Source: Candidatus Heimdallarchaeota archaeon (GTDB lineage: Archaea > Asgardarchaeota > Heimdallarchaeia > JABLTI01). Taken from it: DNA of 32,000 nt. A program made the translations under genes and the position numbers. Below the pieces are notes generated by a model. That model was given only the letters and a program-made list of their open reading frames with translations. It ran no database searches and was not told where the DNA came from. Each line of letters opens with the position of its first letter. Within the stretch, counting starts at the first letter, position 1. Location of the stretch: positions 1-32,000 of the forward strand of contig JAUWKS010000015.1 in NCBI GenBank assembly GCA_030614005.1, given 5' to 3'. This document shows, piece after piece, positions 8,547 through 18,845 of this stretch.

Positions 8547-10670
8547 ATGTCAAAAAAGCAACAAGGTTCACATAAAAATGAAAAAATTAATCATCTAATT
8601 AATGAAAAAAGTCCGTACTTACTTCAACATGCCACTAATCCCGTTGATTGGTATCCTTGGGGTGAAGAAGCTTTTGAAAAGGCACGTAAAGAAGATAAGC
8701 CAATATTTCTTTCCATAGGATATTCTACATGTCATTGGTGCCATGTTATGGCGCATGAATCTTTTGAGGACCTAGAAGTTGCTAAATTAATGAATGAAAC
8801 TTTTATTTCTATTAAGGTTGATCGGGAAGAACGGCCTGAAATTGATAGTCTCTACATGTCTGTTTGCCAAATGTTAACAGGGAGTGGTGGATGGCCATTA
8901 ACAATTATTATGGATGCAGATAAGCGACCATTTACCGCAGGTACCTATTTTCCAAAACAAAGTCGATATGGCCGTATTGGTATGATGGAATTAATTCCTC
9001 GTATTCAAAATTTCTGGAAAAACCAACGAGCTTCACTTGAAGCTTCTGCAAAGGAAGTTATTGAACAATTACAACAAATGGAATATACACCTGGCAATGA
9101 ATTTACTATTGATATATTGGACGAAGCTTTCAAAGAAGCCTCTATGCTTTTTGATGAAAAACTAGGTGGATTTAAGGGAGCGCCAAAATTCCCAACACCA
9201 CATAAATTGCTATTTCTTCTCCGGTATTGGAAAAGAACTGACAATGAACAAGCTTTAGTGATGGTAGAAAAGACTCTTCAAGCAATGCGCAATGGAGGAA
9301 TTTTCGATCACATAGGATTTGGTTTTCATCGCTATTCCACAGATTCTTCTTGGTTATTACCACATTTTGAAAAAATGCTTTATGATCAAGCACTTTTAGC
9401 TATTGCTTACATTGAAACATATCAGGCAACAAAAAATAAATATTATCAGAATGTTGCTGAAGAAATTCTTACTTATGTTTTACGTGATATGACCTCCTCT
9501 CTTGGAGGGTTTTATTCTGCAGAAGATGCTGATAGTGAGGGAGAAGAAGGCATATTTTACACTTGGTCCACAGACGAAGTTAAAAAAGTTCTAGACGAAG
9601 AAGATAGTTCACTATTTCTTAAAGTGTATAATTTTGAACAAAGTGGAAATTTCTATGATCAAGCTACTCAAGAGAAAACAGGCACTAATATTCCCCATCT
9701 GAAAAATTCGATAGAGAAATTATCTAATGAATTATCGGTTCCTTTTACTGAACTAAATTCACGATTAGAAGGAATTCGAGACAAACTGTTCTCAATTCGC
9801 AAGGGTCGCATTCACCCTCACAAAGATGATAAGATTCTGACTGATTGGAACGGCTTAATGATAGCTGCTCTTGCTATAGCAGGAAGAGTTTTTGAAGAGA
9901 AAAAATTTAGCATCGCAGCTCAAAATGCAGCAGATTTTATCCTTGAGAATATGTTAGCAGAAAACAATCGTTTAAACCATAGATTTAGAGATGGAGAAAT
10001 TGCTATTCAAGGGATGGTTAATGATTATGCATTTCTTATTTGGGGACTTTTGGAATTATACCAGACCACTTTTAATGAGAGTTATCTTAAATATGCCATT
10101 TCACTCAATACCTCATTACTAGAGCATTTTTGGGATGAAAAAGATGGAGCATTGTTCTTTACACCTGATGATGGTGAGCAACTTCTCATCCGCAAAAAGG
10201 AAATTTATGACGGAGCAATTCCTTCTGGAAATTCGGTTTCAATGTTGAATTTCATAAGAATTGGTAGAATTACTGGTAACGTAGAATTAGAGGAAAAAGT
10301 ATCACAAATAAATAAAGCGTTTTCGAAAGTAATTGAACAAGCCCTATCTGCTCATACAATGTTTCTAAGTGCTTTAGAATACATATATGGTTCTTCATTT
10401 GAAGTGGTTATTGTTGGAAAATCTGATTCAAATGATACCAATGAAATGTTGAAAGCAATTCATTCCAATTTTATTCCAAATAAAGTTGTTTTATTTGTAC
10501 CAATGGAGGAACAATCTTCAGAGATATCTAAAATCACCGATTTTGTACATTATAAAGAGAGTATTGATAATAAAGCAACAGCACATGTTTGTATAAATCG
10601 CTTTTGCAAATTTCCCACAACAGAAATTAACATGATGCTCAAATTTCTAAAAATTTGTAGTAAAAACTGA
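8547..10670 (+). CDS. Thioredoxin-domain/six-hairpin protein (YyaL/SSP411/SPATA20 family)
   Basis: [58 protein letters not shown]. Confidence 0.95.
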   Translation: MSKKQQGSHKNEKINHLINEKSPYLLQHATNPVDWYPWGEEAFEKARKEDKPIFLSIGYSTCHWCHVMAHESFEDLEVAKLMNETFISIKVDREERPEIDSLYMSVCQMLTGSGGWPLTIIMDADKRPFTAGTYFPKQSRYGRIGMMELIPRIQNFWKNQRASLEASAKEVIEQLQQMEYTPGNEFTIDILDEAFKEASMLFDEKLGGFKGAPKFPTPHKLLFLLRYWKRTDNEQALVMVEKTLQAMRNGGIFDHIGFGFHRYSTDSSWLLPHFEKMLYDQALLAIAYIETYQATKNKYYQNVAEEILTYVLRDMTSSLGGFYSAEDADSEGEEGIFYTWSTDEVKKVLDEEDSSLFLKVYNFEQSGNFYDQATQEKTGTNIPHLKNSIEKLSNELSVPFTELNSRLEGIRDKLFSIRKGRIHPHKDDKILTDWNGLMIAALAIAGRVFEEKKFSIAAQNAADFILENMLAENNRLNHRFRDGEIAIQGMVNDYAFLIWGLLELYQTTFNESYLKYAISLNTSLLEHFWDEKDGALFFTPDDGEQLLIRKKEIYDGAIPSGNSVSMLNFIRIGRITGNVELEEKVSQINKAFSKVIEQALSAHTMFLSALEYIYGSSFEVVIVGKSDSNDTNEMLKAIHSNFIPNKVVLFVPMEEQSSEISKITDFVHYKESIDNKATAHVCINRFCKFPTTEINMMLKFLKICSKN

Positions 10671-10762
10671 GATATTAAGAAAAAGTAATTATACATATAT
10701 ACTTCAATTGGATTGAAGAAATTCCTAATAAATTGTGCCTAAAGTGAAGAGTTGGGTTATGT

Positions 10763-12127
10763 ATGACAAATTCTAAAAAAACCAAAGTTGCAGTTATTGG
10801 AATGGGATATGTAGGTATACCGGCTGCTGCATTAATTGCCGATGTAGATGGATTTGATGTTATCGGCATCCAAAGAAGATCTGAGCGATCTGGGTGGAAG
10901 ATTGAAGCATTAAATAAAGGGGAGTGCCCAATTCTCAATGAACCTTTGCTCCCTGAATTAATTAAACGAGTTGTTCTTGAGAAAAAGAGCTTTCGTATAA
11001 CAGATGAGACAGATCTTTTGAAAGATATGGATTTCATTTTAATTGACGTTCAAACTCCTATAGATAAAGAAACAAATCAACCCTTGTATAAATCTCTTAG
11101 AGCAGTTTCCGCTACTGTCGGAAACAAAATGAAGAAAGGTGCTGTTGTTGTCGTTGAATCTACTGTTGCACCTGGTACCACAGAATTTATTGTGAAACCA
11201 ATCCTCGAAGAGAATTCTGGTATGAAAGCTGGTGAAGATTTCTTTCTTGTATTTGCTTATGAGCGAGTAATGGTTGGAAGATTAATCAACAATATTGTCA
11301 ATTATCCGAGAATTATTGGTGGTTTGACTGAAAAATGCACTGAAAAGGGGCTATGGTTGTATAAACATATTGTAAAAGAGAAACTCATTCCTGTTTCGGC
11401 AACAACTGCAGAAGTAGCTAAAGTTGTTGAAAACACTTACAGAGACGTTCAAATTGCTTTTGCTAATGAAGTAGCACTTGCTTGTGAATCTCTTAATGTA
11501 AATTTCAACGATGTAAGAGAGTGTGTAAATAGCTTACCTTTTAATTCTAATGCTTACAGAGATCTACATTTACCAGGAGCGGGTGTTGGAGGTCATTGTT
11601 TACCAAAAGATCCATGGTTATTGAAATATGGAGTAGATACTTATGGTAAAGATGTGGTTCCATTTGATGTAATTATCAAATCCAGAGAACGAAATGAAAT
11701 GATGCCTTCTCATATGATAAACTTATCAAAAGAAGCCGCTGAAAAGGCAGGTATAGATTTCAAGAAATCAAAGGTTGCTATATTGGGTGCTTCATTTATC
11801 GAAAATTCAGAAGATACAAGAAATTCTCCAACTGAGACAATCATCAAAATCTTAGATAAGGAAAAAATAAGCTGGGTAACCCATGATCCATTAGTACGGC
11901 AGCGAGAATTTCCATATACAATTTCTGATAACTTAGAAGAAGTTGTACAAGATGCAGATATAGTTCTAATTATGGTCAAGCATCAAGAATATTTCGATAT
12001 CAAACCTGCATGGCTTAAAGGAAAAATGAAAACAGCTATTGTGATTGATGGACGAGATGTTCTTAGTTTGGATGAATTTCGCAAAGAAAAATTCATCTTT
12101 TATGGTGTTGGAAAACCTAAAATATAG
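10763..12127 (+). CDS. Nucleotide-sugar dehydrogenase (UDP-ManNAc/UDP-glucose dehydrogenase family)
   Basis: Rossmann GMGYVG, VESTVAPGTT, AKVVENTYRDVQIAFANE, catalytic GGHCLPKDP. Confidence 0.93.
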   Translation: MTNSKKTKVAVIGMGYVGIPAAALIADVDGFDVIGIQRRSERSGWKIEALNKGECPILNEPLLPELIKRVVLEKKSFRITDETDLLKDMDFILIDVQTPIDKETNQPLYKSLRAVSATVGNKMKKGAVVVVESTVAPGTTEFIVKPILEENSGMKAGEDFFLVFAYERVMVGRLINNIVNYPRIIGGLTEKCTEKGLWLYKHIVKEKLIPVSATTAEVAKVVENTYRDVQIAFANEVALACESLNVNFNDVRECVNSLPFNSNAYRDLHLPGAGVGGHCLPKDPWLLKYGVDTYGKDVVPFDVIIKSRERNEMMPSHMINLSKEAAEKAGIDFKKSKVAILGASFIENSEDTRNSPTETIIKILDKEKISWVTHDPLVRQREFPYTISDNLEEVVQDADIVLIMVKHQEYFDIKPAWLKGKMKTAIVIDGRDVLSLDEFRKEKFIFYGVGKPKI

Positions 12128-12348
12128 CTAATTAGCGTTATTCCAATCCTCTTCCATTTTTCTCAGAAAATCATCTGATTTATTAGTGATTTCGAAGTAT
12201 TACTCAATCATTTGTATTATAAAATAAACTGCTAACTTTTAGTAAAACTTCTGTTTATGTATAGCTAAAGCTAATAATAATTAGTTTGTACAGAAGGAGG
12301 CAATTTTTCTTGACTGAAAATGAAGACGCTTGTGAAATAGTATCTAAA

Positions 12349-12735
12349 ATGAAACTAACATTGACCACTGGTAAAAAATGGGGCAGTTCAACTGATGATC
12401 CCGTTAAAGTATTCATTGGAGAACACTCCTGGGAACTTACCCATCCATATTGTGATGATTTTGAAAAAGGCAAAACCGATGTTTTTAATCTTGATATACC
12501 TGAAGGTTTGACTTCTGATTGGTTTCAATATTTCTGCTTTAAGAAAGAACACCCAATTATGGGTGATAAATGGTTGTTAACTGGTGTTAAATTGGAAATT
12601 AATGATAGAGTTATCTATGATTCGGGTGAAATTAAAATTTGGTTTGAAGGTGGGAAAACACAATGGTGCATTCCTGACTTAAATTATGGCAAATGTCGAG
12701 GCAATGTTAGCCCTGATTTTAATGTTAGCCATTAA
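12349..12735 (+). CDS. Stand-alone PLAT/LH2-domain protein
   Basis: LTLTTGKKWGSSTDDPVKVFIG, DDFEKGKTDVF, DKWLLTGVKL match the PLAT pattern (V.TG...AGTD..V; FE.G..D.F; W.L..V). ATG at 12349; the track starts at TTG 12286. Confidence 0.7.
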   Translation: MKLTLTTGKKWGSSTDDPVKVFIGEHSWELTHPYCDDFEKGKTDVFNLDIPEGLTSDWFQYFCFKKEHPIMGDKWLLTGVKLEINDRVIYDSGEIKIWFEGGKTQWCIPDLNYGKCRGNVSPDFNVSH

Positions 12736-12860
12736 TTGATTAACGTTTTCTATTTTTTTTCTTTTCTTCTATATACAGTATTTACCATTACTTTCTCTCT
12801 AAAGGTAAAGAACTAATTAGTGGTTGTTCTATTACAATCTTAGTTAGGAACTAAAAGCGA

Positions 12861-12876
12861 GAGAAATGTTTATATA
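12861..12876 (+). promoter_or_regulatory. Probable BRE/TATA promoter of tfb
   Basis: Purine-rich GAGAAATG followed by TTTATATA (12869-12876), about 50 nt upstream of the tfb ORF. Confidence 0.55.
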
Positions 12877-12923
12877 GTAATATCAAGATATATACCACCA
12901 AGGTAGTCCTACTCTATTACCTA

Positions 12924-13973
12924 GTGAGGGAGAACGACCCACTCCTTATAGTAGTACAAAAAACACCATTGGAGAATATTAGATTGTTAAAAGATAAAGC
13001 TCAAAGGAAAGAACAAGAAGAAACAGAAAAGAATTGCAAAATCTGTGGTTCAGAAGCATTAATTGATGATAAATCACGTGGAGAAAGAATATGCACTTCA
13101 TGTGGAGCAGTTCAAGATATAATCATAAGTTCAGGTCCAGAATGGAGAGCATTCACTAAAAGTGAACGAAATGCACGAGAACGTGTTGGTGCTCCCGCTT
13201 CAAACCTAAAAATCGATAAAGGATTAAGAACTCAAATTGGTGCAGGTTATAAAGATATTACAGGCAAAAGTTTAAGTCCATCAACCATCGCTAGAATGAA
13301 TCGTTTAAGATGGTTAAATAGGAGAACTGGCAGATCTGAAGCACGAAACTTACGTGATGCAATTTTTGAATTGAAAAGAATTGCAAGCCAATTAGGCATC
13401 TCAGAAGATATTAACGAATCAGCTGCTATTTACTATCGAAGAGCCTTAAAAGCAAAACTCATTCGTGGTAGAAGTATAGATTCGATGACTGCTTCAGCAA
13501 TTTATATTGCTTGTAGAACACACAACGTTCCAAAAACTTTGAAAGATATCTGTACAATTGCTAAAGTTGACAAGAAAGAATTAGCTCGATGTGTAAGAGT
13601 ATATATCGTTGAGCTTGGCATCAAGCCAACACCAATTGATCCAGCACAGCTCGTATCAAGATTAGGATCCGAACTTAAGCTCACAATGCATACACAAAAC
13701 AGAGCTATTGAGATTCTACAAACTGTTAGACAATACAGATTAGATGTTGGCAAAAATCCAATGTCCATTGCCGCTGCTGTGTTATATATAGCAGGCATAC
13801 AAACTGGTGAAAGAAGAACACAACAACAAGTAGCTTTGGCAGCAAAAACTACACCTGTCACTCTTCGAAATCGCTTCAAAGAATTAGTTGCAGCATTAGA
13901 GATTGGCCAAGTAACAGTTAAACGTGGTGCAGCAGCTACACCAGTATATGTTAGAGATCCATATAAATTTTAG
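12924..13973 (+). CDS. tfb: Transcription initiation factor IIB
   Basis: Zn ribbon CKIC...CTSC, B-reader GPEWRAF, two cyclin repeats (RGRSIDS..ASAIYIACR; GKNP..IAAAVLYIA; TQQQVA..TLRNRFKEL). Exact start uncertain. Confidence 0.97.
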   Translation: MRENDPLLIVVQKTPLENIRLLKDKAQRKEQEETEKNCKICGSEALIDDKSRGERICTSCGAVQDIIISSGPEWRAFTKSERNARERVGAPASNLKIDKGLRTQIGAGYKDITGKSLSPSTIARMNRLRWLNRRTGRSEARNLRDAIFELKRIASQLGISEDINESAAIYYRRALKAKLIRGRSIDSMTASAIYIACRTHNVPKTLKDICTIAKVDKKELARCVRVYIVELGIKPTPIDPAQLVSRLGSELKLTMHTQNRAIEILQTVRQYRLDVGKNPMSIAAAVLYIAGIQTGERRTQQQVALAAKTTPVTLRNRFKELVAALEIGQVTVKRGAAATPVYVRDPYKF

Positions 13974-14018
13974 AGGACGTAACTTCCTCTAATTTTTTAT
14001 CATAGACTTTTTCACATT

Positions 14019-14058
14019 GTGGTGGCGAAAGTGAAAGATCAACCTACTTTCGCACCAT
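14019..14058 (+). other. GC-rich hairpin in the tfb-rfcS intergenic region
   Basis: GCGAAAGT (14025-14032) pairs with ACTTTCGC (14046-14053), extended by TGGT/ACCA across a one-base bulge. Confidence 0.5.
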
Positions 14059-14234
14059 ACTAATTATTTTTCAAGCACTCATTGGAGATTTTATACTAGA
14101 AATAATACTTTTTTTTAGATTTCCTTTGGTAAAGGTAATAGAAAATATTAATACCTAGTTACAAATCATCAATGATAGAGAGAAAAGACTCTATTACTCA
14201 AAAAGTAAGGAATTTACAGGTAGGTTATAAACAA

Positions 14235-15215
14235 ATGTTATGGGCTGAAAAATATCGACCACGTTTACTCAAAGATATAATTAATCAACAGGAAATTAAA
14301 AATCGCTTGAAAGGATTTATTGATGCAAGCACAATGCCTCATTTACTTTTTGCCGGTCCTCCGGGAACGGGTAAGACCTCAACAGCATTAGTGTTAATCA
14401 ATGAATTACTTAGTGATTTCGATGTATTTGGTCGTAAGGAAGATAGTCTTCAAACTAATGTTCCCTATCTCGAGTTAAATGCTAGTGACGAAAGAGGGAT
14501 CAATGTTGTAAGAGAACGAATTAAAAATTTTGCTCATCTAATGGCAATTAATGCACCATTTAGAGTTATTGTTTTAGATGAAGCTGATTCAATGACTTCG
14601 GATGCACAGCATGCTCTACGTCGAACGATGGAAAAATATAGTTCTACTTGTCGTTTCATTTTAATTTGTAATTACAGTTCTAAAATCATTGAACCTATTC
14701 AATCTCGTTGTGCTGTTTTTCGTTTTGCGCCTCTTAGTAAGAAGGATACTAAGAAATATCTTCAAAATATTTTCAAAACTGAGAAAATAGCTATTACTCC
14801 TGAAGCAGCTGATGCAATCATTTATGTTTCTGAGGGGGACCTTCGACGAGCAACTAATATTTTACAATCTGCAGCAATTTCAGGAAAAGAAATATCTGAA
14901 GATGATATCTATAAAGCGACTGGAAAAGCACAACCTCAAGAAATCCGAAAAATGATTAAATATGCAATAACGGGAGCATTCAAAGAATCCAGAAAACTTC
15001 TTCTTGAATTAATCATCAAACAAGGTCTTTCCGCACAAGATATTCTAAAACAAATCCATCGTGAAACTACGGTTATGACCGATATTGATGATCGAACTAA
15101 AGTTGAAATGATCAAAATGATTGGTGAAATTGATTTTCGCTTAACTGAAGGATCAAATCCTGAAATCCAATTATCGGCTCTTTTAGCCCATTTAGTTGGA
15201 TTACAATTGGAATAA
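14235..15215 (+). CDS. rfcS: Replication factor C small subunit
   Basis: WAEKYRP, Walker A GPPGTGKT, ELNASDERG, Walker B LDEAD, ALRRTME, SRC. Probable start at ATG 14235. Confidence 0.97.
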   Translation: MLWAEKYRPRLLKDIINQQEIKNRLKGFIDASTMPHLLFAGPPGTGKTSTALVLINELLSDFDVFGRKEDSLQTNVPYLELNASDERGINVVRERIKNFAHLMAINAPFRVIVLDEADSMTSDAQHALRRTMEKYSSTCRFILICNYSSKIIEPIQSRCAVFRFAPLSKKDTKKYLQNIFKTEKIAITPEAADAIIYVSEGDLRRATNILQSAAISGKEISEDDIYKATGKAQPQEIRKMIKYAITGAFKESRKLLLELIIKQGLSAQDILKQIHRETTVMTDIDDRTKVEMIKMIGEIDFRLTEGSNPEIQLSALLAHLVGLQLE

Positions 15216-15244
15216 AAAAAATTGGAGGAAATGATTTCTAGAAA

Positions 15245-16543
15245 TCAAGTTCCTTCATTAAATCCAGTTAGATATTCTCTTTGTTCTTCTGTAAGTGGTT
15301 GCAGATTAATATTATGTGTTTCAAGTGCCATTCTTGCAACATAATCATCCAGTTCTGCTGGAACATCAATTACTTTGATTGGTAATTCTTTTCCGTTTTT
15401 TGCTAAAAATTCTAATGCAAGTGCTTGAATAGCAAATGATCCATCCATAATTTCTAATGGATGTCCTTGCCCTGCAGGTCTTGCAAGATTCACTAAACGT
15501 CCTTTTGATAAAAGATAGATTTTTTTACCATTTTTCATCTGATATTCTTCGCAATTTTCATTTATTTCTTTGACATCTTTAGTCATTTTTTCCAGACCCT
15601 TGATGTCAATCTCTAAGTCAAAATGTCCGGCGTTAGCTAGCATTGCACCATCTTTCATTTTCTCGATGTGTTTTGCATCAATTACTTTCTTATCACCTGT
15701 TACTGTAATAAAGAGATCACCAATCAGTGCAGCATCATCCATATTCATTACTTCGAATCCTTCATACAAAGCTTCTAATCCTTTATGCCAACCTGAAGGC
15801 TCAGTTTCTTCTGCATAAGGCATCCTATCTCCAGCTTCTACAACGATTGTTCTTGCACCCATTCCTCTAGCTCGCGTTGCTAATCCTCTGCCACACCAAC
15901 CATATCCAACAATAACGACATTTTTTCCAGCAATCAAGTTATTTGTAATTGACATTATTGCATTGAGTGCAGATTGACCTGTTCCAAATCTATTATCAAA
16001 CAAGTGTTTTGAATAAGCACCATTGGCATTTGTTATTGGAAATTTCAAAGCCTTTTCTTTTTCCATTGCTTTTAATCGAATAATACCTGTTGTAGTTTCT
16101 TCACTTGCTCCAATAACATTCTCAATTAATTCTGGTCTTTTGAAATGAATAATATTAATTAAATCAGCACCATCATCTATCAGCAGATTGGGTTTTGAGT
16201 CCAAAACACTATTGAGGTTTTGGTAATATTCTTCCGTATTTTGATTTGCCCAGGCAAATACTTCTATGCCATCAAATGTGGTTAATGCTGCTGCAACCCG
16301 ATCATCTGTTGTTAGAGGATTGCAACTTGCTACTCGAACAGTAGCTCCACCTGCACGAAGAGTTCTTATTAGTTGACCTGTTTTTTTCTCTAAATGCAAC
16401 GCTAAACTAACTCGTAAATTTTTTAATGGCAATTCTTTCTCGAATCGTTTCTTAATCGCATTTAAAATAGGCATGTTTTTTTCTGCCCATTCAAGCTCTT
16501 TCAGTCCTTCATCAATTAATGTTAAGCTCTTTACTTTACTCAA
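15245..16543 (-). CDS. ahcY: Adenosylhomocysteinase
   Basis: SCNPLTTDD, EETTTG, KHLFDNRFGTGQS, GYGWCGRG, NAGHFD, GHP; TTG start. Confidence 0.97.
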   Translation of the reverse strand: MSKVKSLTLIDEGLKELEWAEKNMPILNAIKKRFEKELPLKNLRVSLALHLEKKTGQLIRTLRAGGATVRVASCNPLTTDDRVAAALTTFDGIEVFAWANQNTEEYYQNLNSVLDSKPNLLIDDGADLINIIHFKRPELIENVIGASEETTTGIIRLKAMEKEKALKFPITNANGAYSKHLFDNRFGTGQSALNAIMSITNNLIAGKNVVIVGYGWCGRGLATRARGMGARTIVVEAGDRMPYAEETEPSGWHKGLEALYEGFEVMNMDDAALIGDLFITVTGDKKVIDAKHIEKMKDGAMLANAGHFDLEIDIKGLEKMTKDVKEINENCEEYQMKNGKKIYLLSKGRLVNLARPAGQGHPLEIMDGSFAIQALALEFLAKNGKELPIKVIDVPAELDDYVARMALETHNINLQPLTEEQREYLTGFNEGT

Positions 16544-16622
16544 AATTATCGCCTTACAAATAATAGAAAATTAGTTAGTATAATAGTTTTTGGCGAATTT
16601 GGAAATAAAAAGAATATGAGAG

Positions 16623-16651
16623 GATGAGAGCTATTAGATTAATCTCTCATC
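16623..16651 (-). terminator. Possible terminator hairpin downstream of the RHH gene
   Basis: GATGAGAG/CTCTCATC 8-bp inverted repeat followed on the minus strand by a T-rich stretch. Confidence 0.35.
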
Positions 16652-16699
16652 GAATGTTGTTATATCTATCCAGTCCTTACATAGAAGGGAGAAAGAAAT

Positions 16700-16852
16700 T
16701 TATGATTCAGATCTTGACCAGAGTTCATCTCGAAGTAAATCTCGAATTGCTACCCGTATAATTTCACTTTTATTTGGATATTTCTTAGATTTCACTAGCT
16801 CTTCTAAACCATCAAGGAATCCTTCTGGAACGTGTACTGTTAGTAGTCTCAT
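16700..16852 (-). CDS. Ribbon-helix-helix (CopG/Arc) regulator, CdrS-like, 50 aa; absent from the ORF track
   Basis: Translated by hand: MRLLTVHVPEGFLDGLEELVKSKKYPNKSEIIRVAIRDLLRDELWSRSES*; SD-like GAGGTG upstream; pattern matches archaeal RHH proteins (YPxxSExIRxAIRDLLxxELW). Confidence 0.88.
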   Translation of the reverse strand: MRLLTVHVPEGFLDGLEELVKSKKYPNKSEIIRVAIRDLLRDELWSRSES

Positions 16853-17063
16853 CAAATTTATTTACACCTCGGCAAGAGAGCACCATAGTAATCAATTTTC
16901 ACCTCAAAAGACTCACCTGCTCTTTTGAGGAAATCGTTCTGTATTCCCTAGGCATTCTCTAGATATTGCTTGAAGATATATCTCTATTAAAAAGAGCAGT
17001 AAGTCTAGAGTACTACCGGGGTATTACCCATAAAATTAGCTTTCTGATAATATTTGATGAAAA

Positions 17064-17390
17064 TCAAGGAGATTCATTAGTTTGAAAGTGTTCCTCTAGC
17101 TTAGATAGAATAGCTTCTTCATCCTTAGAAATTATGCCATCTTCCAAAGCTAATTGTCGAATATTGGCTATTAGACGATTTTTGAAACAGTCAGTTTTTA
17201 ATGCTTCTGTAATTCCACCCTCATCTTCAATGCATTTAGCGACTCCTTTTTCAAAAGCTCTGATGTCAACTTCAATTTGAGAGAGCAAAAGAGATTCTTC
17301 AGGAGTAATTACTCCATCCTCCATAGCTTCTTTCATTACTGCATCGAATAGACTACTAAGGAATGGTTTGAATAATTCTTTATAGACCAT
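17064..17390 (-). CDS. Small acidic helical protein with a duplicated TerB-like motif
   Basis: AMEDGVITPEESLLL and ALEDGIISKDEEAIL form an internal repeat (AxxDGxIxxxExxLL). Confidence 0.55.
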   Translation of the reverse strand: MVYKELFKPFLSSLFDAVMKEAMEDGVITPEESLLLSQIEVDIRAFEKGVAKCIEDEGGITEALKTDCFKNRLIANIRQLALEDGIISKDEEAILSKLEEHFQTNESP

Positions 17391-17491
17391 CGTCCTAACA
17401 CTCAATATTCAATTTAACTTACTATCCTTTTGTATGTTTTGATTAAAGTTATTAACTAATTAAAGAAATTGCTAATACAAATTCTTTTGCT

Positions 17492-17878
17492 CTATTTTTT
17501 CAAGGCAATTGCTTCAATTTCTACGCCAACATCTTTTGGTAAACGAGCAACCTCAACAGCAGCTCTTGCAGGAGGATTTTCTTTAAAGAATTCTGCATAT
17601 TTTGCATTCATTTCACTAAAGGTATCCATATCCTTCAAGAAGACAGTGCATTTCACAACATCGTCCAATGTGGCTCCTGCTGCCTCAAGAACAGCCTTTA
17701 CATTATTGAGTGATTGTTCAGTTTGGTCAGTAATCGTTCCTTCAACCATCTTACCAGTTTTAGAGTTAAATGGAATCTGACCGGACACAAAAATTAGATT
17801 TCCAGCAATAGTACCTTGTGAATATGGGCCAATTGCTGCGGGAGCATTATCTGTTTTAATGATTTCTTTTTTGGTCAT
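17492..17878 (-). CDS. ridA: RidA/YjgF/UK114 enamine/imine deaminase
   Basis: [42 protein letters not shown]. Confidence 0.95.
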   Translation of the reverse strand: MTKKEIIKTDNAPAAIGPYSQGTIAGNLIFVSGQIPFNSKTGKMVEGTITDQTEQSLNNVKAVLEAAGATLDDVVKCTVFLKDMDTFSEMNAKYAEFFKENPPARAAVEVARLPKDVGVEIEAIALKK

Positions 17879-18048
17879 AATGGTTCATCTCTATTTAATA
17901 CAAGAAAACTTACATTAGTATTTTTTGCTGTTATTAATGGTGAATATTTGTGTTTGAATAAAGATTTTTACTCTTTAGAACATTTGAAATTATAAAGGTT
18001 TAAAAGTCGTGTTAATCAATTTTAATTATATTAGGTGAGTTATCAGAT

Positions 18049-18831
18049 ATGGAACCTTGGCTTATTACAATTATTGTTTTAGTGATTGTTACATTTGGTG
18101 TTCTTATCCTCTTATTATTAGGAGGAATTAAGATTGCTTTGGAATATGAACGAATAGTTATTTTTCGTTTAGGAAGATATGTTCGAACTATCGGACCCGG
18201 TATGGTTTATATTACTCCATTCCTTGAAAAAGGTCGAAAAGTCGACATGCGAATAATTACACAAGATATCCCTCGTCAAGAAGTTATTACTCGAGACAAT
18301 ATCCCTGTATTAGCTAATACCGTTGTCTACTTTAAAGTTGAAAATCCACAAGATGCTATTATTAAAATTGAAAATTATGTGTATGCAGTCAGACAATACA
18401 CACAAGCAGCATTGAGAGATACTGTTGGTATTATGGAATTAGACCAAGTGCTAACTGAACGTGATAGGATCGCTGAGGATATTAGAGAAATTGTCGATAA
18501 AGAAACAAATGAATGGGGAATTGATATTAAAGCTATCAAAATCCAAGAACTTGAATTACCTGCAGAAATGAAAAGAGCGTTTGCAATGCAAGCAGAAGCA
18601 GAAAGAGAAAAACGAGCAATAATCATTAAAGCTGAAGGAGAAATGATCGCTTCCAAAAAGTTTGCTGCTGCTGCAAGAGAAATGGCGACTGCACCAGGCT
18701 CTCTTCAATTAAGAACATTGCAGACAATAAGAGATATAGCTCAAGATCCCAGTGAAAAAATCGTTATCTTTATGCCAAACGATCTATCGGATGTAGCTTC
18801 AAAAGTCATTAGAAGAACTACTAAGAAATAG
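18049..18831 (+). CDS. SPFH/band-7 stomatin-like membrane protein
   Basis: N-terminal TM helix, EYERIVIFRLGR, QEVITRDN, QAEAEREKRA, LQLRTLQT. Confidence 0.95.
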   Translation: MEPWLITIIVLVIVTFGVLILLLLGGIKIALEYERIVIFRLGRYVRTIGPGMVYITPFLEKGRKVDMRIITQDIPRQEVITRDNIPVLANTVVYFKVENPQDAIIKIENYVYAVRQYTQAALRDTVGIMELDQVLTERDRIAEDIREIVDKETNEWGIDIKAIKIQELELPAEMKRAFAMQAEAEREKRAIIIKAEGEMIASKKFAAAAREMATAPGSLQLRTLQTIRDIAQDPSEKIVIFMPNDLSDVASKVIRRTTKK

Positions 18832-18845
18832 AAGGGGAAATTAGA

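Noticed and set aside
14019-14058. SECIS element
   Set aside because: No in-frame UGA in the adjacent genes and no clear SECIS core motif.
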